IMG/VR virus record: IMGVR_UViG_3300042564_002211
Reading direction: 5' to 3' (one strand)
Length of the DNA: 64,000 nucleotides
Source: an uncultured virus (IMG/VR IMGVR_UViG_3300042564_002211)
Taxonomy: Duplodnaviria > Heunggongvirae > Uroviricota > Caudoviricetes
The notes under the pieces were generated by a model. That model was not told where the DNA came from. It was given only the letters and a program-made list of their open reading frames with translations, and did no database searches. This document shows, in pieces, positions 48,645 to 57,899 of the stretch. The first letter of the stretch is position 1. Every line of letters starts with the position of its first letter. A program made the position numbers and the translations under genes.

Positions 48645-49511
48645 ATGTCTACACCACTGTTTCGCAAAGCAACCCGCGAGAAGGTCTTCCTGAAACTCGC
48701 GGTCACCGGTCCGTCTGGTTCCGGGAAAACGTACTCGTCTCTTCGACTCGCTCGAGGACTTGTTGGCCCTGCCGGCAAGATCGCCCTCATCGATACTGAG
48801 AATCGCTCTGCGTCCCTGTACGCCGACCGATTCGATTTCGACACGCTCGACATCGCTCCTCCGTTCGACAACGAGAAGTTCATCGAGGGAGTCAACGCGG
48901 CTGTCGAAGCTGACTACGGAGCCATAGTTATCGATAGTGCGTCGCACTTCTGGGAGGGAATCCTTGATTACAAGGACAAGCTCGATCAACGCGGCGGCAA
49001 CTCCTACACCAACTGGAAGATTGCCGGCGACAAGTTCGGCGGAATCGTCAAGGCCGTGCTGCAGTCTCCTGCCCACGTCATCTGCTGCATGCGCTCCAAG
49101 ATGGACTACGTTCAGGAGAAGGACGACCGAGGCAAGACCCAGATCAAGAAGGTCGGCCTGGCTCCGATCATGCGTGACGGAATCGAATACGAGTTCACCA
49201 CGGTGTTCGATGTGGCGCTGAACCATCAGGCCGCTGTCTCCAAGGACCGCTCTGGCCTCTTCGTCGACAAGATCTTCCAGATCACCGAGGAGACCGGTGC
49301 GCAGCTTGAAGCGTGGCGTCTGTCCGGTGGTGAGCCTGTGTGGAAGACGCAGTTGACCGCCGTCATCGGAGCTAATGAACCCAAGGCCAACACGTTCCTC
49401 GTGACGCTTGGGTGGATCAAGGAAGGCCAAACATTCCGAGATCTGTCCGTAACCAACGCGGAGAAGATCCTGTCAAATACGGCCGCCTTCCTCGCCAAGG
49501 CCACAGCCTAA
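48645..49511 (+). CDS. Sak4-like AAA ATPase / annealing protein
   Basis: GPSGSGKT, LIDTE, IVIDSASHFW, MRSK, EYEFT. Confidence 0.88.
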   Translation: MSTPLFRKATREKVFLKLAVTGPSGSGKTYSSLRLARGLVGPAGKIALIDTENRSASLYADRFDFDTLDIAPPFDNEKFIEGVNAAVEADYGAIVIDSASHFWEGILDYKDKLDQRGGNSYTNWKIAGDKFGGIVKAVLQSPAHVICCMRSKMDYVQEKDDRGKTQIKKVGLAPIMRDGIEYEFTTVFDVALNHQAAVSKDRSGLFVDKIFQITEETGAQLEAWRLSGGEPVWKTQLTAVIGANEPKANTFLVTLGWIKEGQTFRDLSVTNAEKILSNTAAFLAKATA

Positions 49512-49523
49512 CCGCGATCACCC

Positions 49524-50465
49524 ATGAGAACGATACTCGACGCGAACGGGCTGGTCCATGACGGCATTCACCATCTGCTGGACGAGCGGGTGTATCGAAA
49601 CGACCCTGCAATCGCCATCTCAGACCTCAAGGAGATGTCGCTGTCTCCGCTTCACTTCTGGTCCAAGAAGTTCGGCGGATATCGCGCTGAGCAAACCGAG
49701 GCTCAGGAGATCGGAACGCTGACCCACCTTTCAGTTCTTGAGCCTGAGGAGTACGCCAGAAAGACGGTCCTCAAGCCGGCTGACGCTCCCCGGAAGCCTA
49801 CTGATGCTCAGCGTAACGCCAAGAAGCCGAGCGAGGACACCATCGCAGCCATCAAGTGGTGGGACGATTGGAGTGCCGCCAATGCTGGGAAGACCGAGCT
49901 TTCTCAGGACGAATCGACCCAAATCGCCGGTATTACTCAAGGTGTCATGTCCAATTCTGACGCAGTTCAGCTGATGGATGACGCTTTGAAGGAGGTGGCC
50001 ATGTTCAAGACGATCGTCGTCAATGGAACAACCATCCGAATCAAGGGCAAGGCTGACATCATCTGCTCAAGCGGTGGCAGCGATTCGGAGGCGATTGCGG
50101 ACCTCAAGACGGTAGACCGCGGATACGCAAACCCAGACGACTTCTCGTACTCAATCAAGAAGTGGGGGTACGCACAACAGGCAGCGTGGTACATCGACCT
50201 GTACAACATGTTGACCGTGACCGACGATCCGTTCACCAGTGATGTAAAGAAGAGTCGGTGGGTCTTCATTGTGGCGGAGAAGTTGCCGCCATACGTGTGC
50301 ATCACACTCGAGCTCGATGAGGACTCGATTGAGGTGGGCCGAGCCATCAACAAGCGGCACCTCGAAACACTCGCAGAGTGCTTCAAGACGAACGTCTGGG
50401 AGCGTCCTCTAAATGGAATGCGCGGTCGTGTATCCATTCCTGAATGGGCCAGAAAGAAGAGTTAA
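49524..50465 (+). CDS. RecE/ExoVIII-like PD-(D/E)XK exonuclease
   Basis: GTLTHLSVLEP, KGKADI, DLKT, YAQQAAWY, FIVAEK. Confidence 0.88.
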   Translation: MRTILDANGLVHDGIHHLLDERVYRNDPAIAISDLKEMSLSPLHFWSKKFGGYRAEQTEAQEIGTLTHLSVLEPEEYARKTVLKPADAPRKPTDAQRNAKKPSEDTIAAIKWWDDWSAANAGKTELSQDESTQIAGITQGVMSNSDAVQLMDDALKEVAMFKTIVVNGTTIRIKGKADIICSSGGSDSEAIADLKTVDRGYANPDDFSYSIKKWGYAQQAAWYIDLYNMLTVTDDPFTSDVKKSRWVFIVAEKLPPYVCITLELDEDSIEVGRAINKRHLETLAECFKTNVWERPLNGMRGRVSIPEWARKKS

Positions 50466-50683
50466 CAAAAACCTGCATACGTTGTGGGCGCACTCAGCCG
50501 ACCAAGAACTTCTGGTCGGGCAGGCCAACCTGCGTTGAGTGCGCCCGCAAACTTTGGTACGCGCCCAAGTGTAACGCCGATCCACGTCGCGGACCCAACT
50601 GGCCCATGATGGAGCGTATGTGGAAGGCCGGTCTTATCAGTTACCCACCTGAAGCATTCACCGATGATCCAAACCCCAAGTGA
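50444..50683 (+). CDS. small zinc-finger protein
   Basis: CIRC..CVEC. Confidence 0.55.
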   Translation: MGQKEELTKTCIRCGRTQPTKNFWSGRPTCVECARKLWYAPKCNADPRRGPNWPMMERMWKAGLISYPPEAFTDDPNPK

Positions 50684-51146
50684 CTACTGGCACATCGCCA
50701 TCGACCCGGGAGCCTCAGGCGGCATTGCATGGAAGAACGGCGATGGGCCAATGACCGCGGTGCCCATGCCTCAGGAGCCGACTGACACGGTCAAGCTCTT
50801 GAGCGATCTGGTGCTGAAGGGTTACACCGTTCTTCACATCGAGCAGCTTCCGCGGTTTGTTCCAATGGGCGGTGGCAAGGGCATACCCGGCTCCATGGCC
50901 GCGGTGATGTTCGAGAACTTTGGAATCGTCCTTGGGGCCGCCATGGCCCTCGGCTACCGCATCGAGCGCGTTCCTCCGCAGACGTGGCAGAAGGAACTCG
51001 GCCTCGGAAACTCCAAGGGTCTCTCGAAGACAGAGTGGAAGAACAAGCTCAAGGGCCGCGCCCAGGAGCTCTTTCCAGGCATTCCGATCACGCTCAAGAC
51101 ATCGGACTCCCTCCTGATCTGGGAGTATGGACGAAGACACTGTTGA
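50664..51146 (+). CDS. RuvC-like Holliday junction resolvase
   Basis: IAIDPGASGG, IEQ, PQTWQK, SDSLLI. Confidence 0.82.
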   Translation: MIQTPSDYWHIAIDPGASGGIAWKNGDGPMTAVPMPQEPTDTVKLLSDLVLKGYTVLHIEQLPRFVPMGGGKGIPGSMAAVMFENFGIVLGAAMALGYRIERVPPQTWQKELGLGNSKGLSKTEWKNKLKGRAQELFPGIPITLKTSDSLLIWEYGRRHC

Positions 51147-51171
51147 CAGGCTGTCTGCGGTGTATTACAAG
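51143..51171 (+). promoter_or_regulatory. promoter/operator motif upstream of replication genes
   Basis: TTGACA-N10-GGTGTA-T-TACAAG. Confidence 0.75.
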
Positions 51172-51174
51172 GTC

Positions 51175-51317
51175 AGTGTCCTCGGCGATCGGTGAGAGGA
51201 GAGTCGAGGGTGTTCAATAGGCGCGGTTCAATCACAGTTTTTTGCCCCACGTTTTCCGAGGTTTCGCTGATCCGCCCCAGCGATCTCTCCCCCTCGGACT
51301 ACGTGGGGCTCTTTTTT
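51175..51317 (+). promoter_or_regulatory. structured leader with terminator-like hairpin (attenuator candidate)
   Basis: Hairpin 51175-51214, then nested GCCCCACGT/ACGTGGGGC, TCCGAGG/CCTCGGA, TCGCTG/CAGCGA followed by TCTTTTTT. Confidence 0.65.
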
Positions 51318-51350
51318 CCCGTTCACTGAAACGGGCTGTTTCAACGACCG

Positions 51351-52223
51351 ATGAAAACCATCATCCGAGTAAAGCGACAGCAGGGTGGATTCACCATCAT
51401 CCCAAACGAACTTCTTCGGAAGAAGATGTCTCTTCGCGCCAAGGGGCTCCTGTGCATGATCCTGTCCAATATGGACGAGTGGGTGGTCACCAAGTCGTGG
51501 GTAACTGAGCATTGCTGCGAGGGGCGTGATGCCATCGCAGCCGTGTTCAATGAGCTCAAAGAGCTTGGGTACGCATCCCTTGAGGAAACAGAAACGGCCG
51601 CTGACGGAAGGTTTTCCAATCGAATTTGGACCTTTACCGACACTCCCACCGTTGACTGGAAATCCGCGCAAAACACCCCTTTATGCGCGGAAAACCAGTG
51701 CGGGTTTCCAGTAACTGGAAAGCCGTCACCTAAGAATACTATAGAAGAAGACCATAAGAAAGAGAGCGGCGGTGCCGCGAAAGAGCGCCCGAGGAACGAG
51801 CTTGCAGACCATCTGGCCAAGGCTTGCGGATCGGACGTGGCACGCATGACCGAGGGCGAGTGGAAGCGGGTGGGAGTTGCTCTGGCTGGAATCAAGAAGG
51901 TCGAGCCCAGTCTGACCAAGGAGATGATCGATGCCCACGTCGCTGGCTATCGGCGCATCTTCCGCGACGCCATCCTGACTCCGCTGGCCTTGATGAACAA
52001 CTGGGGCGCTACAGCCCCAATGGCGCGTCCTGATGCCAAGTCCGCTGTCTCCACACCGGACGAGCTTAAAAACCTCGTGGAGCGGCTTTCTGGGCACGTG
52101 GCGAACCCTCGGCATGAGGCGATGTTCGGAGATCTGGTGACCGAAGCCCAGAAGCAGGAGTTTGCGGCCATGAAGGAGCGGTACTTCCAACTCAAGGCCC
52201 AGCTTGGGGGAGGCACCAAGTGA
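51351..52223 (+). CDS. replication initiator protein (N-terminal winged HTH)
   Basis: FTIIPNELL..MSLRAKGLL..ELKELGY; directly upstream of DnaB. Confidence 0.78.
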   Translation: MKTIIRVKRQQGGFTIIPNELLRKKMSLRAKGLLCMILSNMDEWVVTKSWVTEHCCEGRDAIAAVFNELKELGYASLEETETAADGRFSNRIWTFTDTPTVDWKSAQNTPLCAENQCGFPVTGKPSPKNTIEEDHKKESGGAAKERPRNELADHLAKACGSDVARMTEGEWKRVGVALAGIKKVEPSLTKEMIDAHVAGYRRIFRDAILTPLALMNNWGATAPMARPDAKSAVSTPDELKNLVERLSGHVANPRHEAMFGDLVTEAQKQEFAAMKERYFQLKAQLGGGTK

Positions 52224-53542
52224 GAGAGCCTCCGTTCTCGCAAGAGGCCGAACTTGGCGTGATAGGGTGCTGTTTGCTGAACAACAACGCCATCGATGAC
52301 GCGATAAACGGTGGTATCAAGGCGGACTGGTTCTACGATGTTCGATGCCATGACTTGTGGGAGATCATCATCAAGATGCGGGACGACCGCATTCCGATCG
52401 ATATGGTCACGATCGCGAACCGGCTCAAGGGCGACTCATTCAACCGTGTCGGCGGGATTGCGTTCGTGTCTGAGGCGATGGACGCTGTTCCGAGCGCATC
52501 AAACCTCCCCTACTATCTGGACATTGCACGGGACAAACAGCGGGCCAGAAAGCTCATTGAGATCTCGCAAGAGGCCATAAACACGGCCTATTCCGGGGCT
52601 TCCAAGGTGGACATGGTGCTGGACAGTTTTGAAGCCAAGCTGATGGGGATCAGGAATGAGCACTCCGTTGACAGCGACTTCACCGCCAAACAGATAGCCA
52701 CTTCAGCCATCGACCTCATTCAGGAGCGGTGTGCTGGAAAGAGCGACGCTATCCCAACCGGCTGGACCTTCATGGACAGAATCCTCAGGGGAGGGCTGAG
52801 GCCGGGCCAAGTATTCGTGGTTGCTGGTCGCCCGGGTGCCGGCAAGACGGCGTTCACCTTGAGTCTTTTGACCTCACTCTGCTCAAGCGGCGTGCAGACG
52901 GGGTTCGTGAGCCTCGAGATGAGCGCCGAGGAGGTGGGCATGCGAATGCTGGCAATCGAGTCTCAGGTGGATGTCGGGCGGTACGACGAGCGTAACCAGC
53001 CGAACGAGGGCGAGCTCAGGAAGCTGACGACAGCTACAAGTCGGCTTGCCCGTCACAAGATCATGGTCAACGACAAGCCCAACCAGACCGCTCAGAGCAT
53101 CGCTGCCAAGGCGCGTCGCTGGGTTCGATCTTCAGGATTGAAGGTACTTGCGATCGACTACCTGCAGTTGATCACGGCCTCTGAGGGCAAGGAGAGGCGC
53201 GAACAGATCGATGCGATCAGCCGAAACATGAAGCTGCTGGCCAAAGAGCTCAAGATACCGATCGTGCTTCTGGCCCAGCTGAACCGCGCCATTGAGCGTG
53301 ATGGAAACCGCAAACCTAGGCTCAGCGATCTGCGCGAGTCAGGTGCCATTGAGCAAGATGCTGACCTTGTCGGCATGCTCTACCCCGCTGAGCAACAGGA
53401 CTCAGAGGCCACCCAATCTGGACCGAGGAGAATCAACCTGTTCATCGCCAAGCAACGGGCGGGGCAGGCAGGGGTGGATATCCCGTTCAGCTTCAGGCCA
53501 GAGCTCACACGATTCGACCCAACATCACTATTCGACGAATGA
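52220..53542 (+). CDS. dnaB: replicative DNA helicase
   Basis: AGRPGAGKT, SLEMS, IDYLQL, LAQLNR, DLRESGAIEQDAD. Confidence 0.96.
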   Translation: MREPPFSQEAELGVIGCCLLNNNAIDDAINGGIKADWFYDVRCHDLWEIIIKMRDDRIPIDMVTIANRLKGDSFNRVGGIAFVSEAMDAVPSASNLPYYLDIARDKQRARKLIEISQEAINTAYSGASKVDMVLDSFEAKLMGIRNEHSVDSDFTAKQIATSAIDLIQERCAGKSDAIPTGWTFMDRILRGGLRPGQVFVVAGRPGAGKTAFTLSLLTSLCSSGVQTGFVSLEMSAEEVGMRMLAIESQVDVGRYDERNQPNEGELRKLTTATSRLARHKIMVNDKPNQTAQSIAAKARRWVRSSGLKVLAIDYLQLITASEGKERREQIDAISRNMKLLAKELKIPIVLLAQLNRAIERDGNRKPRLSDLRESGAIEQDADLVGMLYPAEQQDSEATQSGPRRINLFIAKQRAGQAGVDIPFSFRPELTRFDPTSLFDE

Positions 53543-54255
53543 AAATCAGATCCTACCAAGAGCGCGTCTACAACTGGCAGCGCGATGTCGCAGCCCAGCC
53601 CGTTACGAAGACGCCAACGCAACGCGATCCCGAGTTCTGCAAGAAGCAGTTGGGGTTCGTGAAGTCCGAGTGGTATGACGAGTACATCATCCACGCCGCC
53701 ACCTACAACGAACTGCTCAGTTCGGTTCCAGCACTGTTCGAGGAGGGTATCACCAAGAAGATCGACAACATCCGGGAAAACATCGCCGATGATATCGGAG
53801 ACGTGGCTTTCACGGTTCTCGGCCTTCTTAACGCCTACGGCGTCATGCTCGACAACATCTCGTTCTCGAGATCAACCGACATGAACGTGCTCGCCCTTGA
53901 GAGGCGTGTCGACCTGTTCATCAAGGGGGTGGAGGACACGGACAAGCTGCAGGCCTCTGATGCCAAGGCGGTGCTGCTGGATCTGATCGCGCTGTCCACG
54001 TACTACTCGGTGCGATTCTGGGACGCTCTGGGCGCTGTGTGCGCCAGCAACGACACCAAGCTCTGGACGCTGCCGGAGGTACATGATAACCAGCTGAAGA
54101 TCGAGAGCCTGAAGTGGACCGAAACCAAGGTCGCAGGCGTGACAGGTGACCGGTGCTACCGCATCAAGAATCAGGACGGGAAGCTGATGAAGAGCCCGTC
54201 TTTCACCGGGCCGGACCTCCGATCTGCCCTGATGCAATTCGTGTCCTTGACATGA
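53539..54255 (+). CDS. MazG-like NTP pyrophosphohydrolase
   Basis: KSEWYDE, IADDIGD, VCASNDTK, DGKLMKSPSF. Confidence 0.7.
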   Translation: MKIRSYQERVYNWQRDVAAQPVTKTPTQRDPEFCKKQLGFVKSEWYDEYIIHAATYNELLSSVPALFEEGITKKIDNIRENIADDIGDVAFTVLGLLNAYGVMLDNISFSRSTDMNVLALERRVDLFIKGVEDTDKLQASDAKAVLLDLIALSTYYSVRFWDALGAVCASNDTKLWTLPEVHDNQLKIESLKWTETKVAGVTGDRCYRIKNQDGKLMKSPSFTGPDLRSALMQFVSLT

Positions 54256-54275
54256 ACCATTCGGTGTATTACACC
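54247..54275 (+). promoter_or_regulatory. promoter/operator motif
   Basis: TTGACA-N10-GGTGTA-T-TACACC, 7 nt before ATG 54283. Confidence 0.8.
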
Positions 54276-54282
54276 TTTCCAC

Positions 54283-54489
54283 ATGGCTGAAACACCAGAC
54301 AAGAAGATCGACGTTTCCAAGATGGAGCAGTTCGATCCGCCGCATTGCCCGATTCACGGAGGCTCAATGCCTGTCATCAACACGACGCCGAACAACGGTG
54401 TCGACCTTCACGGGATCGCCGGCAAGTGGTGCGGAGTTTGCATCATCAAGGCGCTCGAGAAACTCGGGGTCCAGAAGTGCATCGTATGA
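54283..54489 (+). CDS. small Cys/His protein
   Basis: CPIH..CGVC. Confidence 0.6.
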   Translation: MAETPDKKIDVSKMEQFDPPHCPIHGGSMPVINTTPNNGVDLHGIAGKWCGVCIIKALEKLGVQKCIV

Positions 54490-54677
54490 ATCCAGGAGAC
54501 AAGTACCAGAGTGTCCACAACCCAAACACCGTGGTTGAAGTCGTGTGCCCTGTTGCCGAGTTCAGGATCGGAGAGGTCCGGCAGCCGTGCATCATCTACA
54601 CCAAGAGGCAGCGGTTTTACGTGCGAACCGAAGCTGAGTTTCTCGCGAAATTCAGGCCGATTCAATCGGGCCAATGA
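54486..54677 (+). CDS. hypothetical protein (63 aa)
   Basis: ATGA coupling; FYVRTEAEFLAKF. Confidence 0.6.
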   Translation: MNPGDKYQSVHNPNTVVEVVCPVAEFRIGEVRQPCIIYTKRQRFYVRTEAEFLAKFRPIQSGQ

Positions 54678-54688
54678 CCAATTCAGAT

Positions 54689-54717
54689 TTGACAATCACA
54701 CCTCGGTGTAAGACACC
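54689..54717 (+). promoter_or_regulatory. promoter/operator motif upstream of the RHH gene
   Basis: TTGACA-N10-GGTGTA-A-GACACC with an extra ACACC half-site in the spacer. Confidence 0.75.
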
Positions 54718-54730
54718 TTCCGAAACGAAG

Positions 54731-54949
54731 ATGCCTAACCAACGAGGAAAATCTCAAGCACTGCTCGCAGTATGGATCTCCAAGCCTCAATTGAAGGAAC
54801 TGGACAAGTCTTCCGCCTCCAAGCAGATGACTCGGTCCGAGTACGTCAGGCATCGCCTATTCCAAGCCGACGAGTCGCAGCAAAGCGCAAAATCGGCACG
54901 TTCCAAGCCGGTGGTCTCCGCGTTACGGCGTGGGTCGAAAAAGGCATGA
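54731..54949 (+). CDS. ribbon-helix-helix (CopG/Arc-like) regulator
   Basis: LLAVWIS strand, KPQLKELDKSSASK helix, MTRSEYVRHRL helix. Confidence 0.7.
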   Translation: MPNQRGKSQALLAVWISKPQLKELDKSSASKQMTRSEYVRHRLFQADESQQSAKSARSKPVVSALRRGSKKA

Positions 54950-55043
54950 TCTGTTTCAGGCAGAAGTACAGCCGCAAGGTTGAGCGTATCAGCCTTGATG
55001 AGACATGGCATCATGCCATCGGCCAGTTGGAGATGCGCCTGAA

Positions 55044-55286
55044 ATGAGCAAGACAATCTCCAGCGTGACCCGTCTTTCCCTCACTGGTGGTCGCACCGTG
55101 ACGGTATGGCGGTCGGAGACTGGACTCCTCAAGGAGTACGAATACAACGACGTGATCGGTCACGCGATCATGTCGACTGGGATGCCAGTCCATAAACTGG
55201 CAGACAGCATTTTCACGAACCTCAAGAACATCCGTGCAGTCGAGGTTATCGACGGCAACGGACAAGGGGTTCGCATCGAGAAGTAG
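55044..55286 (+). CDS. hypothetical protein
   Basis: 80-aa ORF, ATGA overlap. Confidence 0.6.
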   Translation: MSKTISSVTRLSLTGGRTVTVWRSETGLLKEYEYNDVIGHAIMSTGMPVHKLADSIFTNLKNIRAVEVIDGNGQGVRIEK

Positions 55287-55429
55287 TTTTTGGGCGGTTT
55301 GCCCCGCCCGAAATTCACGAGTTCGGATCGGCTCCCGAGTGGGATGACCGAATCAATCCGGCCCGTGTGGTCTATGCCCCCTGGTGCGCGATGGCACTGG
55401 GGGGCTCTCCTCCCAACACCAGCAGAACC

Positions 55430-55621
55430 ATGAAACCAAACCTGTACGCAATCATCAGCCGCCTAGTCCTTGACGGAGTTGGTCAAGGCATCCGCAACAC
55501 CGAGAGTGCTGCGCCGTCAGTCCAGCCGAGAACTGTCGAGAACCTCACTGAGAACATCCACATGGCAGTCATGCGGGAGCTCACCGAGTACTTCACATTC
55601 AAAGACGATGATAAGCAGTAA
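55430..55621 (+). CDS. hypothetical protein
   Basis: 63-aa ORF after a structured spacer. Confidence 0.55.
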   Translation: MKPNLYAIISRLVLDGVGQGIRNTESAAPSVQPRTVENLTENIHMAVMRELTEYFTFKDDDKQ

Positions 55622-55976
55622 GCCGATTCGTCTCCCGTTGGATGACATCAAGGGTGTTATCAACGATTTGAAGAGGGGCTGCACCGTGGCTGAGATCACG
55701 AGCAAGTGGCACATCTCAACGAGAACATTCTACAGGATCAAGTATCTCGAGAAGCTGCCAACCAAGGACATTTACACACGCGGGGACTCGCATTGGCCCT
55801 GTGTCCACAGCGAGGAGAAAATCCGAGCAATCGTCGCAGAGCGCAAGAAGGGTGTGTTGCTCAAGGATCTGTCAGCCAAGTACGGAGTCGCACAGAGCTA
55901 CATCAGCAGCATTATGAACGGTCACAAAAGGGAGCAAACAAAATGGACGAGAAACACCAAGAAGAGTCGGAACTGA
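55608..55976 (+). CDS. tandem HTH protein
   Basis: GCTVAEITSKWHISTRTFYRI and GVLLKDLSAKYGVAQSYISSI. Confidence 0.65.
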   Translation: MISSKPIRLPLDDIKGVINDLKRGCTVAEITSKWHISTRTFYRIKYLEKLPTKDIYTRGDSHWPCVHSEEKIRAIVAERKKGVLLKDLSAKYGVAQSYISSIMNGHKREQTKWTRNTKKSRN

Positions 55977-56203
55977 TTCAGAGCCTGATCGAGAGCATCT
56001 CGGATAGGTTCGACACCATCCAGGTGTTTACCACTTCGCACAATCCAGACACTGGAGAGACGACCCACATCGCAATGGGCACAGGGAACTTCTATGCCCG
56101 CATTGGCCAGATTGATGAATGGGTGCGAATGCAGAAAGAGATCGTCAGGGAAAAGGCCAAACAGATTGCCGGATCAGAAAACGCTGAGTTCGGTCAGAAC
56201 TAA
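55943..56203 (+). CDS. hypothetical protein
   Basis: GGAG RBS; FDTIQVF..GTGNFYARIG. Confidence 0.6.
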   Translation: MDEKHQEESELIQSLIESISDRFDTIQVFTTSHNPDTGETTHIAMGTGNFYARIGQIDEWVRMQKEIVREKAKQIAGSENAEFGQN

Positions 56204-56230
56204 CAGCATCGAAACACGCCAAGAAACCAC

Positions 56231-57208
56231 ATGAAACTAGCCAGCATCGAGGTCATCAAGGAGATCGCACCTCACTCCAACGCAGACTCGCTCGAAATCG
56301 CCAAGGTTCTCGGGTGGCAGATCATCGTCCGCAAGGGCGAGTTCAAGGCCGGTGAGTCCGTCGTTTTCATCCCCATCGACACCATCCTGCCCGATGCCGA
56401 GTGGTCGGCGTTCCTGAAGAAGGGCGACAAGCCGATTCGGCTCAACACCATCCGTCTGCGCGGCGAGTACAGTCAGGGGCTGATCCAGCCGCTCTCGATC
56501 CTGCCTGAACACGTCCGTGGGTGGCAGGAAGGCGCTGACGTTGGCGGCGAACTGGGCATCAAGAAGCACGAGAAAGAGATTCCGGCGTGCCTGTCCGGTG
56601 AGGTGGCTGGAGCTTTCCCAACCTCCTACGCCCCGAAGACGGACGAGGACAACGGCCTGAGCCATCCTGATATCGTGAAGCACACGCTGTCGAAGCCGTG
56701 TGTTGCCACGCTGAAGCTGGACGGTTCTTCATGCACCATCGTGGTTGTCGATGGCAACATCACGCACGTCTGCAGCCGCAACCTGTCGCTCAAGGAATCA
56801 GCCTCGAACGGGTTTTGGATCGCTGCGAGGAAGCTGACCATCCCGCCGGGTGCCAACTGCGTCATCCAAGGCGAGTTGATGGGTCCGGGTGTGCAGGGGA
56901 ACCAGTTGAAGCTCACTGAGCCGACGCTCTTCGTCTACCAGATCCGTGATCTCACCAATGGCAAATGGCTTCGATACATCGATATGGCTCAGGTGTGCCG
57001 AGACAAGTTCCAGTGCAAGTGCGTCCCTGTCGTTACCGTTACTGTCGATGAAACCATTGAACACCTGCAGAGCGTCGCCGACATCGTAACGCTGCCTGAC
57101 GGCAAACCTGCCGAGGGAATCGTCGTTCGCCCAATCGATGGCGAGGCTATGGGCATCGGTCGGCCGCTGGGTTTCAAGATCATCAACCGCAACTACAAGG
57201 ACCAGTAA
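56231..57208 (+). CDS. ATP-dependent RNA ligase (Rnl2/DRB0094-like)
   Basis: N-terminal HSNADSLE OB-like domain, motif I KLDGSS, QGELMGPGVQGN, EGIVVR, FKIIN. Confidence 0.9.
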   Translation: MKLASIEVIKEIAPHSNADSLEIAKVLGWQIIVRKGEFKAGESVVFIPIDTILPDAEWSAFLKKGDKPIRLNTIRLRGEYSQGLIQPLSILPEHVRGWQEGADVGGELGIKKHEKEIPACLSGEVAGAFPTSYAPKTDEDNGLSHPDIVKHTLSKPCVATLKLDGSSCTIVVVDGNITHVCSRNLSLKESASNGFWIAARKLTIPPGANCVIQGELMGPGVQGNQLKLTEPTLFVYQIRDLTNGKWLRYIDMAQVCRDKFQCKCVPVVTVTVDETIEHLQSVADIVTLPDGKPAEGIVVRPIDGEAMGIGRPLGFKIINRNYKDQ

Positions 57209-57210
57209 CC

Positions 57211-57447
57211 ATGCCAACCAACACCACCGCACACGAGGACCGCGTCATTAACGACGCAGAGAGCGTCATCACCGGGAAGATCCAGTCCCTCATCGAGGTT
57301 GTCACCAGACTCGATGATGTCATCGACGAGAAGGACAAGGAGATCGAGACGCTGAAAGGGAAGGTCACAGACCTTGAAGGCGAAATCGAAGAACTGAAGT
57401 CGCAGATCTCCTCGATGAATGATGAGATCAAGAGCCACGGAGGATAA
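57211..57447 (+). CDS. small coiled-coil protein
   Basis: Acidic heptad repeat. Confidence 0.6.
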   Translation: MPTNTTAHEDRVINDAESVITGKIQSLIEVVTRLDDVIDEKDKEIETLKGKVTDLEGEIEELKSQISSMNDEIKSHGG

Positions 57448-57449
57448 CC

Positions 57450-57899
57450 ATGGATACCCCTACAGAAACCCTGATCCAAGCGTTGCGGCATCTGTCCACT
57501 GACATCGAGTCAGAGGACGGTGTGGCCAACGCTGCGATTGCTGAGGCTGCCCAGCGTCTGGAGGAGCAGAGCGCGAAGATCAAGCGGCTGCGTGACGGCA
57601 TCGCGAAGCAGAACCTCGAGATCGAGCAGACCTGCGGAAAGGTGCTCGACTACCCGTGGTTCAAGGACGACCAGAAGAACTTCCCCGGCGCGACCGAGAA
57701 GGACGGCGTGTGCGTTGGTGACCATGTGGCTGAGACCATCGCGGCCGAGTTGGCGCGGAAGTACACGGAGGCGATGGACCGCATCAAGCGGCTGGAGGAC
57801 GCTGGAGATGCGATGGATGAATGGATGTCATCCGACTGGACTGAAGATGAGAAGCAGTTCCAAGAACAATGGCGCAAAGCCAAGGAGGCCAAGCCGTGA
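57450..57899 (+). CDS. hypothetical protein ending in the shared KEAKP module
   Basis: GGAGG RBS; C-terminal RIKRLE..GDAM..W..KEAKP. Confidence 0.7.
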   Translation: MDTPTETLIQALRHLSTDIESEDGVANAAIAEAAQRLEEQSAKIKRLRDGIAKQNLEIEQTCGKVLDYPWFKDDQKNFPGATEKDGVCVGDHVAETIAAELARKYTEAMDRIKRLEDAGDAMDEWMSSDWTEDEKQFQEQWRKAKEAKP

